Assembly: GCA_043826355.1 (NCBI GenBank)
Contig: JBDRQI010000001.1
Location: 69,993 to 133,992 of the forward strand
Length of the DNA: 64,000 bases
DNA from: Candidatus Omnitrophota bacterium
Lineage (GTDB): Bacteria > Ratteibacteria > UBA8468 > MWAK01
Direction of reading: 5' to 3'
Shown: one piece after another, positions 47,864 to 57,630 of the stretch
Layout: every line of letters begins with the position of its first letter
Position numbering within the stretch: the stretch's first letter is position 1
Made by a program: the position numbers and the translations under genes
Notes under the pieces: generated by a model
Told to the model about the DNA's origin: nothing
The model's input: the letters and a program-made list of their open reading frames with translations, nothing else
Databases searched by the model: none

Positions 47864-50800
47864 ATGAAGATTTCGGAAATAGGCGTAAAGCGCCCGGTTT
47901 TAACCGCGATGATTTTCCTGGGCCTGGTAATCATGGGCCTGGTATCGCTCTCCCGGCTGGGACTGGATTTGATGCCGAACCTGGAAATTCCAAGCATCGC
48001 GGTTGTTACCCAGTATCAGGGCGCCGGACCGCAGGAGATTGAGAGCCAGGTCACTCTGCCGCTGGAGAAACAGCTTTCTACGGTCAGCGGTCTGGATAAG
48101 ATTGAATCCACGTCCAGCCAGGATGTATCGGTCGTTACCCTGAAGTTTGAGTGGGGAGTTGACCTGGAAGAAAAGATAAACGAGGTAAGGGATAAGGTTG
48201 GCCTGGCCGATGCCGCGCTTCCCGCTGAAGCGTCCCGTCCTTTCGTGATAAAGTTTGATTTTTCGATGATACCGGTCTTAATCGTCGGCATTGAAGCGAA
48301 AGAGAGTTATCCCCGGATGTATGAATACCTGGACAAGAAGATAAGCCGCCAACTGGAACAGTTGCCCGGGGTGGCTTCGGTCAGTATTACCGGCGGGGAA
48401 GTCCGGGAGGTTCAGGTGTCCGTAGACCGGCAACGTCTGGAAGCGTATCAGATTCCGGTCGGCGCGCTGAGCCAGGCCATCGCTCTGGCAAACTTAAACC
48501 TGCCGGGCGGTTATTTCAAGAGCGGACAGTATGAATTCGTGATACGCACGCCGGAAGAAGTGACCCTGAAACAGTTAAGTAAGGTGGTGGTTGCCCAGCA
48601 CCAGGGAAAACCGGTCTTCTTGAGCGACATCGCGACGGTACGCGATACTTTCGCGGAAAAAGAAGGCGAAGTGAAGATTAACCGGAAGCCGGGGCTGGTG
48701 ATGATGGTTCAGAAACAATCCGGGGTCAATACCGTGCTGGTGTCGAACCGGATTATGGAAAAACTGCCGGCAATTAAGAGCCAATTGCCGCCGGACGTTA
48801 AACTGCTCCCTGTCTTTGACCAGGCCGATTTTATCCGCAAATCCATCGGCAGTTTGCGCGATTCTCTGTTTTTAGGCGGTATTCTGGTGGTGCTGGTTAT
48901 CTTCTTTTTTATCCCCAACATCCGCAGCAGTTTGATAGTCGTTATCAGCATCCCCGTCAGTCTTATATCCACTTTTATCCTGATGTACGGCGCCGGATTT
49001 ACCCTGAACCTCATCTCTCTTTCCAGTCTGGGTATCGCGGTCGGAATGGTGGTTGATGCCTCCGTCGTTATCTTTGAAAATATCCTGCGCCACCGGGAAG
49101 AAGGCGAAGGCAGATTTGAAGCGGCCATCGCCGGTTCCAATGAAGTTTCCGCGGCGGTCATCGCTTCCGTTCTGGCGGTGGTGACCGTGTTCGTGCCGAT
49201 AATCTTTACCGGCGGCATAAGCGGCATCCTCTTCCGGCAATTAGCGCTCTCTTTCTCTTTCACGCTCCTTTGTTCTCTTTTTACCGCGCTCACGTTGATC
49301 CCGCTTCTCTGCAATAAATTTCTGCTCTTGGCCCAGGAGAGCAGAGGATGGCAGCAGCGTCTTTTCCGGAAGGGAGAAATTTTCTTTGAACAAATCTCCG
49401 GCCGTTACCGCGCGCTTCTGAACTGGACTTTAAACCATAAGAAAAGGACGATGCTCGGCGCAATAGCCTTCCTGATAATATCTTTTCTTTTCATCCCTCT
49501 GGTCGGCACCGATTTTTTCCCGGCGACAGACCAGGGCATGATAACCTTTGACGTGGTGCTGCCGGTCGGCACCCGTTACGAAGAGACCGGGAAGTTGATT
49601 GCCCGGGTAGAGCAGACGCTTGCTGAAAATGTGCCGGAAACGGAATTTATCTTCGCCAGTTGGGGCCGTTTTTCCGGGGGAAACATGAGAATGATGAGTG
49701 ACAGGCCGGACTCCAGCCACCGGGGAACGGTTATGCTAAAACTGCAGTCAAAAGAGAAGCGAAGACGCACGGACCGCGAGATAATGGAAAGCGTGAAACC
49801 CTTTCTCAATTTTCCGCAGGGCCGGGTAATCGCCTCTTCGTCCGACCCGATGGCCACCCTTCTCTTCGGCGGCGGCAAACCCCTGACGGTTGAGGTTCGT
49901 GGTTATGACCTGAATGATTCCCGGAAACTTTCGCAGAAGGTGGTCCAGGTCCTTTCCGGTCTGGCCGGGGTTTCGGATATTGAGACCAGCCGGGATGAGG
50001 GTCAACCGGAATACCAGGTGAAGATACGCCGGGAGAAGGCTGTTTTGATGGGTTTAAGCGTATCTTCCATTGCCAACCAGATTAAGACCGCTTTCGGCGG
50101 CGATACCAGCAACAAATTCCGGGAGAGGGGCGAACAGTATGATATAACGCTTCGGTTGAACCCGCAGGACCGGAATGACAACCGGGTGCTGGCCGGTCTC
50201 TACATCGCTACACCGGCCGGAGGAATCGTGCGTCTTTCCGATGTGGCCGATATCTCCCCGGGCTCCGGACCGGTCTCCATCCAGCGCCGTAATCAGGAGA
50301 GGATTGTGGAAGTAAGCGGCGAAATATACGGCCGGCCTTTGAACAGCGTTGTTGCGGAAGGCGCGGCCAAGTTTAAGGGCCTGGTTCTGCCGACCGGCTT
50401 TTCCCTCTCTTTTGCGGGCAGCCGGGAAGAACAGGCCAAATCGTTCCGGACTATGGCTTTTGCGCTGGTTCTTTCCATAATACTGGTCTATATGGTGATG
50501 GCCAGCCAGTTTGAATCCTACATCGACCCGCTGGTGATTATGTTTGCGGTTCCGTTCAGCATTATCGGCGTGGTTTGGGCTCTTTTTCTGAGCGGCAACA
50601 CGTTTTCCCTGGTCGCTTTCCTGGGCTTAATTATGCTGGTTGGAATCATTGAGGAGACCGGTATTATCCTTTTAACTTTTGTAATTACCCAGCGCGAAAA
50701 AGGTTTAGCCCTGCGGGAGGCGATACTCACCGCGGGGCAACTGCGGTTGCGGCCGATACTGATGACCAGCATAACCACCATCCTGGGAATGGTGCCTTTA

Positions 50801-50977
50801 ATGTTTTCCCGGGGGGAGAGTTCGGAAATCTTCCGGCCTCTGGCGATTGTCATCGGCGGAGGGCTTCTTGCGGCTCTGCTGACGACCCTCTTCATAATCC
50901 CGCTTATCTATTATACTTTCGAAGAACATGTCAAACCGCGTTTAACCAATAATTTAAACGGGAAAACTGCGGTTTAA
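47864..50977 (+). CDS. AcrB/HAE1-family RND permease
   Basis: KRPV, GMVVDASVVIFENI, RLRPILMT. Confidence 0.94.
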   Translation: MKISEIGVKRPVLTAMIFLGLVIMGLVSLSRLGLDLMPNLEIPSIAVVTQYQGAGPQEIESQVTLPLEKQLSTVSGLDKIESTSSQDVSVVTLKFEWGVDLEEKINEVRDKVGLADAALPAEASRPFVIKFDFSMIPVLIVGIEAKESYPRMYEYLDKKISRQLEQLPGVASVSITGGEVREVQVSVDRQRLEAYQIPVGALSQAIALANLNLPGGYFKSGQYEFVIRTPEEVTLKQLSKVVVAQHQGKPVFLSDIATVRDTFAEKEGEVKINRKPGLVMMVQKQSGVNTVLVSNRIMEKLPAIKSQLPPDVKLLPVFDQADFIRKSIGSLRDSLFLGGILVVLVIFFFIPNIRSSLIVVISIPVSLISTFILMYGAGFTLNLISLSSLGIAVGMVVDASVVIFENILRHREEGEGRFEAAIAGSNEVSAAVIASVLAVVTVFVPIIFTGGISGILFRQLALSFSFTLLCSLFTALTLIPLLCNKFLLLAQESRGWQQRLFRKGEIFFEQISGRYRALLNWTLNHKKRTMLGAIAFLIISFLFIPLVGTDFFPATDQGMITFDVVLPVGTRYEETGKLIARVEQTLAENVPETEFIFASWGRFSGGNMRMMSDRPDSSHRGTVMLKLQSKEKRRRTDREIMESVKPFLNFPQGRVIASSSDPMATLLFGGGKPLTVEVRGYDLNDSRKLSQKVVQVLSGLAGVSDIETSRDEGQPEYQVKIRREKAVLMGLSVSSIANQIKTAFGGDTSNKFRERGEQYDITLRLNPQDRNDNRVLAGLYIATPAGGIVRLSDVADISPGSGPVSIQRRNQERIVEVSGEIYGRPLNSVVAEGAAKFKGLVLPTGFSLSFAGSREEQAKSFRTMAFALVLSIILVYMVMASQFESYIDPLVIMFAVPFSIIGVVWALFLSGNTFSLVAFLGLIMLVGIIEETGIILLTFVITQREKGLALREAILTAGQLRLRPILMTSITTILGMVPLMFSRGESSEIFRPLAIVIGGGLLAALLTTLFIIPLIYYTFEEHVKPRLTNNLNGKTAV

Positions 50978-51046
50978 TTTGGTTTGTTTTTTTAGTGTCT
51001 TCAAAAAGGCCGCCTTCGCTAAGCTACGGCGGGCAAAGGAGGAAAA

Positions 51047-51370
51047 ATGGCCGAATGTTTTTTTCATGCGGGGAGACCGGCGGTGACCCGATGCAAACAG
51101 TGCGGTAAGCCGCTCTGTTCCGGTTGCCGGTTGGTAACCGAAGACGGTCTTTTTTGCAGCGACCGGTGCGCGCAGACGGGCCATGTTTTTGTAAAAAGGT
51201 CCCGGGACCTGGAAGAGAAGAGGCCGGCGCGGCGCAAAGGGGTTCCGGCCGGGTTGATAAAGTTCATCATATTTTTAATTGCGGCCGTGGTTCTTTATAA
51301 GTTAGTTAGGCAGCTTATTGCTCAGGGATTTTTGGAAAAGTTACTGCAAGCCATTAAAAAGTCCGGTTAA
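51047..51370 (+). CDS. B-box-like zinc-finger membrane protein
   Basis: C..H...CxxC...CxxC...CxxxC followed by a TM helix. Confidence 0.7.
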   Translation: MAECFFHAGRPAVTRCKQCGKPLCSGCRLVTEDGLFCSDRCAQTGHVFVKRSRDLEEKRPARRKGVPAGLIKFIIFLIAAVVLYKLVRQLIAQGFLEKLLQAIKKSG

Positions 51371-51382
51371 CAGGGAGATTTT

Positions 51383-52636
51383 ATGCCAACTGACGATTTT
51401 AACGAAAAGATTAGTTTGAGGGGGAGCGGCCAGGGAGAGGGTCGGGAGACTCGGGGTGGGCAGACCGAGGAAGACCAGACAGCGGCTGTTCAGCTTGCCA
51501 ACATTGTGAATCAGTCGATCAGTTCCAAGGCAACCGACATCCACCTGGAGATAGAAGAGAATGGCCCCAAACTCCGCTACCGGATTAACGGTATACTTTA
51601 CGAGTTCCCGGCGCCTTCCGCCGAACTTTACCCCCGCATTATTTCCCGGCTGAAAGTTCTTTCCGACCTTGACGTTTCCGAAAAAAGAGTTCCGCAGAGC
51701 GGGTACGCTTCTTACCGGGTCGGAGACCGGCAGGTTGACATGAGAATTTCTATCTTTCCTTCCATCTTCGGTGAATCTTCGGCCATCCGCGTTCTGGACC
51801 GCAACAATATTGTCCTGGGCTTTGACCGACTCGGGTTCTCCCCGGAGATACTGCCGCAGTACCTCCACTTGCTGGAACTTACTTCCGGAATGATTCTGGT
51901 AACCGGACCGACTGGCGGGGGTAAGACCACTACTTTATACGCTTCGCTTAACAAAATCCGAACCGGCCGGAAGAAGGTTATTACACTTGAAGACCCGGTG
52001 GAGTATCATATTTCCGGCGTTACCCAGGGGCAGATAAATCCCAAGGCCGGTTTCACCTTTGCGGCCGGGTTAAGGTCAATCCTGCGGCAGGACCCGAACG
52101 TGGTTATGGTCGGTGAAATTCGGGATACGGAAACCGCGGCCACCGCCATGCAGATTTCACTGACCGGCCAGATGGTCTTTGCCACACTTCATACCAACAC
52201 TGCTCCGGGCGCAATAACCCGGCTCCTGGATATGGGGATTGAGCCCTACCTGGTAGGTTCCTCTCTCCTGGGTGTAATCAACCAGGCGCTGGTGGGTCAC
52301 ATCTGCCAGAAATGCAAGGAAGAGTATCAGCCGGACCAGGATATTCTGGCCGAAACCGCCGGGGATTTGGAAAAGTTCGGGAAGATAAAGTTCTTGCGGG
52401 GCAAGGGCTGTCCGAATTGCAATCAGTCCGGTTATCAGGGCCGGATCGGGCTGTATGAACTGATGGTTATCAACCCCCGGATTCGGGCGGTGATCCTGCG
52501 GAAACCTTCCACGGAAGAGGTAACCGCTATGGCTCTTGAATCCGGCATGATAGCGATTCGCCGGGATGGATTGAAAAAAGTGGCCGATGGTATCGTCACG
52601 ATTGAAGATATGGTTCAGGTTACCCGTCGCGAATAG
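51383..52636 (+). CDS. GspE/PilB-family ATPase lacking the N-terminal MshEN domain
   Basis: GPTGGGKT, EDPVE, LRQDP, TLHTN, tetracysteine motif. Confidence 0.92.
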   Translation: MPTDDFNEKISLRGSGQGEGRETRGGQTEEDQTAAVQLANIVNQSISSKATDIHLEIEENGPKLRYRINGILYEFPAPSAELYPRIISRLKVLSDLDVSEKRVPQSGYASYRVGDRQVDMRISIFPSIFGESSAIRVLDRNNIVLGFDRLGFSPEILPQYLHLLELTSGMILVTGPTGGGKTTTLYASLNKIRTGRKKVITLEDPVEYHISGVTQGQINPKAGFTFAAGLRSILRQDPNVVMVGEIRDTETAATAMQISLTGQMVFATLHTNTAPGAITRLLDMGIEPYLVGSSLLGVINQALVGHICQKCKEEYQPDQDILAETAGDLEKFGKIKFLRGKGCPNCNQSGYQGRIGLYELMVINPRIRAVILRKPSTEEVTAMALESGMIAIRRDGLKKVADGIVTIEDMVQVTRRE

Positions 52637-52657
52637 CACCATTCCGCCTTTATCGGT

Positions 52658-53359
52658 ATGGTACAAAATATTTTTATCAGCAACGAACAGCGTTTACTGA
52701 AAGCCGCGCAGAGCGGAGACGCTGCCAAAATCGGCGTCCTGATAGCGAAAAAAGCCGATGTTAACGCCAAAAACAGCCGCGGGTTTACGGCTTTGATGGT
52801 TGCGGCGCAAAACGGCTACGAAGATGTGGTAAAGGCCTTACTTTTTGGCGGCGCGGATGTTAATGCCGACGACGAACAGGGAAGCACCGCCCTGATGGTG
52901 GCAGTGGAGCAGAACTATCCGGAAATTGTAAAGATGCTGTTAGCGGGAGCCGCAGAAGTTGACCGGTGCAACCAGGGGGCTGGGACGGCTTTAATGGCGG
53001 CTTCCAAGAGAGGTTTTGCCGAGTCAGCGGAGATGTTGATAAGAGGCGGCGCAGGCGTTAACTTGAAGGACAAAGAAGGCGACACGGCTCTGATGTTGGC
53101 GGCGGCGCGCGGCCACACCGGGATAGTCCGGATGCTGATAGAGGCCGGGGCGGATTTGAATGCCCGTAACAATATCGGTTTTACCGGCCTGATGTTTGCC
53201 TGCTGGAAGGGCCGGACCGAAGCGGTAAAGGCGTTGGTTGCCGGAGGCGCAGATATCAACATCAAGAAAGAAGACGGCGTTACCGCCATGATGTCTGCGG
53301 CTGTCGCCGGACATACGGAGATTGTTCAGATAATCAAAGACGCCGGCGCCAGAGGATAA
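52658..53359 (+). CDS. Ankyrin-repeat protein
   Basis: About six G.TALM.A...GADVN repeats. Confidence 0.93.
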   Translation: MVQNIFISNEQRLLKAAQSGDAAKIGVLIAKKADVNAKNSRGFTALMVAAQNGYEDVVKALLFGGADVNADDEQGSTALMVAVEQNYPEIVKMLLAGAAEVDRCNQGAGTALMAASKRGFAESAEMLIRGGAGVNLKDKEGDTALMLAAARGHTGIVRMLIEAGADLNARNNIGFTGLMFACWKGRTEAVKALVAGGADINIKKEDGVTAMMSAAVAGHTEIVQIIKDAGARG

Positions 53360-53376
53360 GGGTTATTAAAAAATAA

Positions 53377-53581
53377 AAGATGAACCGCAGAGTTCTCGCC
53401 AGAGTTCGGCTCGCCTGGGCGTCGCGTGAGACTTCGGCGCACTCTGACGAGGCGAAGCCGACTGGCGAAGTCTGACGATCTGACGACGCAGAGACCGCAA
53501 AGAGACAAGGAGTGAAGAAAAAACTTAACAAAATAATAATCTTTACGTAATTCTCTGCGTACTCCGCGCTCTCTGCGGTAA
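53377..53581. repeat. Composite intergenic repeat, copy 2, with nested hairpin
   Basis: ACCGCAGAG...CTCTGCGGT inverted ends; extra CGGCTCGCC...GGCGAAGCCG insert at 53407-53460. Confidence 0.8.
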
Positions 53582-53822
53582 TCAGCGTCCAATTAACTTG
53601 TTTATGAAAATCTTACGTATTATTGCATTTAGGTATCATTACGAAGAGCAGTTTATGTACTGGTCTCCTATCCAATGCCCGGGAGAGGGCGCGGCAATCT
53701 CGACCTTGAAAACGGGATTGTTTCGGTAAAAAATCACCTCGCAACGACTTACAGCACAAAACAGCAGTATCAACGAAAAAGGAGGGTTTATGTAAAAATG
53801 CATAGCAGGGAGGAGTAAAGGT

Positions 53823-54284
53823 GTGCTTATTTTTCTCGCAGTAACAACGGCGTGGATTTTCATTTCAATTCCGATAGTCCGGGCGGCTGGAAGTATTCCT
53901 TTTGGTTCGGCGGTAAACTACGAGGTGGGAGCCAACCCTCGTTGCGTCGTTTCAGCTGATTTTAACGGAGACGGGAGTATTGACCTGGCGGTTGCCAACG
54001 CCGGGGGCAATAATGTTTCCATCCTCCTGGGAAACGGCGACGGAACTTTTGCTCCGGACTCCACTTTGGGAGCAGGAACAAGCCCCTGTTTCGTTACCGC
54101 GGCTGATTTCGACAAAGACGAGAACGTTGACTTGGCAGCGGCTAACAGGAGCAGTGATAATATTTCCGTTTTTCAGGGAGGGGTTGGTTTCAGTTTCGGC
54201 GATAGCGGCTTTCTCCCGGTCGGCCCCCTGGCCGCCGGCCTGTCCGCTTTCCTGGTCTGGCGGAAATGCCGGAGACAGGAATAG
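53823..54284 (+). CDS. Short FG-GAP/VCBS repeat protein with C-terminal anchor, possibly decayed
   Basis: ADFNGDGSIDLAV and ADFDKDENVDLAA repeats; hydrophobic tail plus RKCRR. Confidence 0.7.
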   Translation: MLIFLAVTTAWIFISIPIVRAAGSIPFGSAVNYEVGANPRCVVSADFNGDGSIDLAVANAGGNNVSILLGNGDGTFAPDSTLGAGTSPCFVTAADFDKDENVDLAAANRSSDNISVFQGGVGFSFGDSGFLPVGPLAAGLSAFLVWRKCRRQE

Positions 54285-54320
54285 TCGCCGGCAAATAAGC
54301 GCATGCGAGATCTGATTATA

Positions 54321-54368
54321 AAGACAGCCCCGGAACCGGGAAAAGGTTTCGGGGCTGTCTTTATTTTA
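54321..54368 (+). terminator. Intrinsic terminator; its T-tract is the IS target
   Basis: AAGACAGCCCCGGAACC...GGTTTCGGGGCTGTCTT then TATTTTA. Confidence 0.85.
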
Positions 54369-54456
54369 GGGAATTATATACATAATTAGCCACGCCGAAA
54401 CTTGTAAAAATTTAGGTAACTATCCCTTTATAGTAAGTAAAAAGGAGGTTTTATGG

Positions 54457-54765
54457 CTAACGAAGTTGAGTGTTCAAGCGCGGCTGAAAGACCCGGATTA
54501 ACTCCTGCTCAATCAAATCCCTATCCTTTGGAGCATCAACTTTCATCGCATGAACATGAGTGGCCCCAAGAGACATTGCCGTATCCCATTGCTCGTGCGA
54601 TGGAATTCTGTCGTCAAAACTGTCGCATTTTCCAATATACAGCGGAACCCACTGATTCTGCTCGTTTAACCCGGCGAAAATGTAGATTCCCGCAACATTG
54701 TTCCATTGAGCCGATTGCAAATAAACGGTGAACGTATGATTGAGCCATTGAACTGTATTGTTCAT
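54457..54765 (-). CDS. Small GIY-YIG nuclease-domain protein (102 aa)
   Basis: GIYIF...LYIG..., R..H, E..LI...P.LN; SD AAGGGGG. Confidence 0.8.
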   Translation of the reverse strand: MNNTVQWLNHTFTVYLQSAQWNNVAGIYIFAGLNEQNQWVPLYIGKCDSFDDRIPSHEQWDTAMSLGATHVHAMKVDAPKDRDLIEQELIRVFQPRLNTQLR

Positions 54766-54866
54766 TTCGTTCACCCCCTTTATGGTTAAATAAAACTTGT
54801 AAAACTTATGGCTAATATTATATGATACAGTATAACTTTTTCCGTTGGGAAAATTCAAGGGGGCTT

Positions 54867-55784
54867 ATGAAACCAAATATTGATACCTTTAGAGTGGTTT
54901 ATGATGGGCCAGCACTTGAAGATGGGAGTATTCCGGTTAACGACCTTGCCCCCGCACTCCTTTCCCTCGGAGACCTTTTTGAAGAAGCCAATCAACTTAT
55001 AACAAACGGAGAAGCGTCAATTTCCCTCCGCATTAAATCTGGAAGCGAAAAAGGTTCTTATATAACGGACTTTCACATATATCATTATGTACAAAATTTA
55101 GTGAATATGTTTAGCAGTAAAGAAATGTCCGCATTGTGCAACGTTTTGACTGTCCTCGGATTTATGGGAATTTCGTCGGTGGGTCTTTTCCAACTTATTC
55201 AAAAATCCAAAGGAAGAAAACCAAAGAAAGTAACAAGAATTGAAAAAACCGAAAACATCAGTATAGAATTTGAGGGTGATGCACCGTTGGAAATTACGGA
55301 AGGAGCATTAAACCTTTTTAATAATTCAAAGGCACGAAAGGCCGCCGAAGGGGTTATTTCTCCTATCACCAAAGACGGAATCAATACTTTTGCGGTGTAT
55401 CGGAAAGACAAAGAAGTTTTTAAAAACACCATAACAGTCAAGAAAGACGAAGTTGATTATTTTAAAGCAGAAGATTTTATATTAGCCGAAACAGAACCAA
55501 GAGAGGAAGATGCCTACCTTTCAATAATAAGCCTTTCTTTTGCTGAAAATTATATTTGGCGTTTTAAAATGTCTGAAGAAATAAAATTTTCCGCATATAT
55601 AAATGACCCAGAATTTCAAAAGAAAATAGACCGTAGGGAAGCATTTGCAAAAGATGATATTTTACATGTAACGTTGCAAACAAAACAAAGAGTAGTAAAT
55701 GGAGTTCCAGAAATGGAATATAAAATATTAAAAGTTATTGAACATATACGCGCTCCATTCCAGCAAAAGGTTGATTTTAAGTAA
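54867..55784 (+). CDS. Hypothetical passenger protein (305 aa)
   Basis: Open frame with SD AAGGGGG; YDGPAL...LAPALL N-terminus; no catalytic motif recognised. Confidence 0.8.
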   Translation: MKPNIDTFRVVYDGPALEDGSIPVNDLAPALLSLGDLFEEANQLITNGEASISLRIKSGSEKGSYITDFHIYHYVQNLVNMFSSKEMSALCNVLTVLGFMGISSVGLFQLIQKSKGRKPKKVTRIEKTENISIEFEGDAPLEITEGALNLFNNSKARKAAEGVISPITKDGINTFAVYRKDKEVFKNTITVKKDEVDYFKAEDFILAETEPREEDAYLSIISLSFAENYIWRFKMSEEIKFSAYINDPEFQKKIDRREAFAKDDILHVTLQTKQRVVNGVPEMEYKILKVIEHIRAPFQQKVDFK

Positions 55785-55829
55785 ATCACTTGACAAGCAT
55801 AAAATAGTTATGGTAAAATAATAGCCATA

Positions 55830-56774
55830 ATGAAAACTAAACTGAAAAGCGTGGAAACAGTCAGTATTTATCAGTTCCTCAAACGGATACCCGACGAAAA
55901 AGCCGCTCGTGAATATATTGAGGGTCTTGTCTGGGTCAACGGTCGGTATTGCCCCTTCTGCAAATCCTCAAATACGGTAAGGGTCAAAAACGAAAAGCCG
56001 ATGCCTTACCGCTGTAAGGATTGCAGAAAACATTTCAGCGTAAGGGTCGGAAATATCTTTGAATCCACAAAGGTAAAGTTACACACATGGCTTGCCGCTA
56101 TTTACTTAATGACTACTGCCAAAAAAGGAGTGTCAAGCGCACAAATCGCAAGGCAATTAGGGATTACGCAAAAAACAGCGTGGATGCTCTGTCAGAAAAT
56201 TCGGGAAATGTGGCGTGTTCCGATAAAAGCCGTTTTGAGCGGTGAGGTAGAAGTTGATGAGGCATACATGGGTGGAGCGGAACGGAATAAACACGCCGAT
56301 AAACGGCTTAATTCCGGTCGTGGTATTGTTGGAAAACAGCCGGTCGTCGGACTTCGGGACAGAAACAACAAAATTGTCGGTGCGGTAGTTGAAGATACCA
56401 ACATGAAAATTCTGCACGGTTTAATCCGTCAGGCAGTCAGAAAAGGGTCGCACATCTACACGGACGGACACAAAGGGTATCATGGGCTTACTGATTACCA
56501 ACAAAGCGAAGTCCATCATTTTGAAGGTGAATACGTAAGAAACCGGGTACATACCAACGGAATTGAGAGTTTTTGGGCTTTATTAAAAAGAGCGTATTAC
56601 GGCACTTTCCATCACATGTCCGTAAAGCACATGCAAAGATATGTAGATGAGTTTGCGGCCCGGCAAAACATGAAAGGTTGCGATATGACGGATATACTTG
56701 CTATAATTACCAAAGGAGCGGTAGGAAAATCTTTACCCTGGAACACACTAACCCATGACCCCCAGACCAATTAA
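55830..56774 (+). CDS. IS1595-family DDE transposase
   Basis: CPFC/CKDC zinc ribbon, HTH, VEVDEAY, IYTDG, HTNGIESFW, YVDEF. Confidence 0.95.
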   Translation: MKTKLKSVETVSIYQFLKRIPDEKAAREYIEGLVWVNGRYCPFCKSSNTVRVKNEKPMPYRCKDCRKHFSVRVGNIFESTKVKLHTWLAAIYLMTTAKKGVSSAQIARQLGITQKTAWMLCQKIREMWRVPIKAVLSGEVEVDEAYMGGAERNKHADKRLNSGRGIVGKQPVVGLRDRNNKIVGAVVEDTNMKILHGLIRQAVRKGSHIYTDGHKGYHGLTDYQQSEVHHFEGEYVRNRVHTNGIESFWALLKRAYYGTFHHMSVKHMQRYVDEFAARQNMKGCDMTDILAIITKGAVGKSLPWNTLTHDPQTN

Positions 56775-57630
56775 GAATATTATAGAGCCTATTGAGGCAT
56801 CCTTTGAGCAAGTGGTATCAAAGGTATTAAATGCCCCGATAATCAATGACCCTCTTATTAACTTTCCGAAAATTTATCCACATTCTCCATTACGCTATCC
56901 GGGCGGGAAAAACAGAGCGGTCAAAGAGATTTATTCCTGTATTCCCGAAAATGAAAAAATCTTATGCTCTCCTTTTCTTGGTGGCGCATCTATAGAATTG
57001 GCTTGTAGCACCAGAATGAAGGTTTATGGTTACGATACTTTCGGCCCGCTGGTGGATTTTTGGAACGTGTTAATACACACCCCAAATGAATTAGCCGATG
57101 CGGTTATGAAGTATTACCCGCTTTCCAAAACAAAGTTTTATAATTTACAGAAAATTTATTTACACATAGAGAAAAAATTAGACAGAGCCGCCGCCTTTTT
57201 TGTGCTTAACCGCTCGTCTTTTTCAGGTACTACCCTTTCCGGCGGAATGTCTCCTAATCACCCTCGTTTTACGAAATCAGCCATTCAGCGGTTGCGTGAT
57301 TTTCATGTTTCTAATTTTTCGGTTAAGAAAGCGGATTTTAAGGATTCCATAGAAAAACACAAAGACGCATTTTTGTATCTTGACCCGCCATACTTAAACG
57401 GTCAAAATCTTTACGGAGTAAAAGGGGATACACATAAGGGTTTTGAACATGAGGCCTTATCTGATATACTTCACAAGCGAGACAGGTGGATTCTATCTTA
57501 TAATGATTGCGAAACGATACAGAAACTTTACAAAGGATACCAGATATTAAACATAGATTGGACTTACGGTATGAATAAAAGCAAAATTTCTAATGAGGTT
57601 TTAGTAGTTAGCCACGATTTAGCGGCATGA
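56755..57630 (+). CDS. Alpha-class (Dam/D12-like) amino-methyltransferase, probably m4C at GGCC
   Basis: PLRYPGGK, PFLGGAS, NRSSFSG, YLDPPY; specificity is inferred. Confidence 0.88.
   Translation: MTPRPIKNIIEPIEASFEQVVSKVLNAPIINDPLINFPKIYPHSPLRYPGGKNRAVKEIYSCIPENEKILCSPFLGGASIELACSTRMKVYGYDTFGPLVDFWNVLIHTPNELADAVMKYYPLSKTKFYNLQKIYLHIEKKLDRAAAFFVLNRSSFSGTTLSGGMSPNHPRFTKSAIQRLRDFHVSNFSVKKADFKDSIEKHKDAFLYLDPPYLNGQNLYGVKGDTHKGFEHEALSDILHKRDRWILSYNDCETIQKLYKGYQILNIDWTYGMNKSKISNEVLVVSHDLAA

Noticed and set aside
53407..53470. GCCTGGGC and GACTGGCG as a ZTP riboswitch
   Set aside because: Motifs are in the wrong order, inside a repeat, and not upstream of purine/folate genes.
53640..53760. Two hairpins upstream of the FG-GAP gene as a c-di-GMP riboswitch
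   Set aside because: The consensus of neither class is present; hairpins alone are insufficient.
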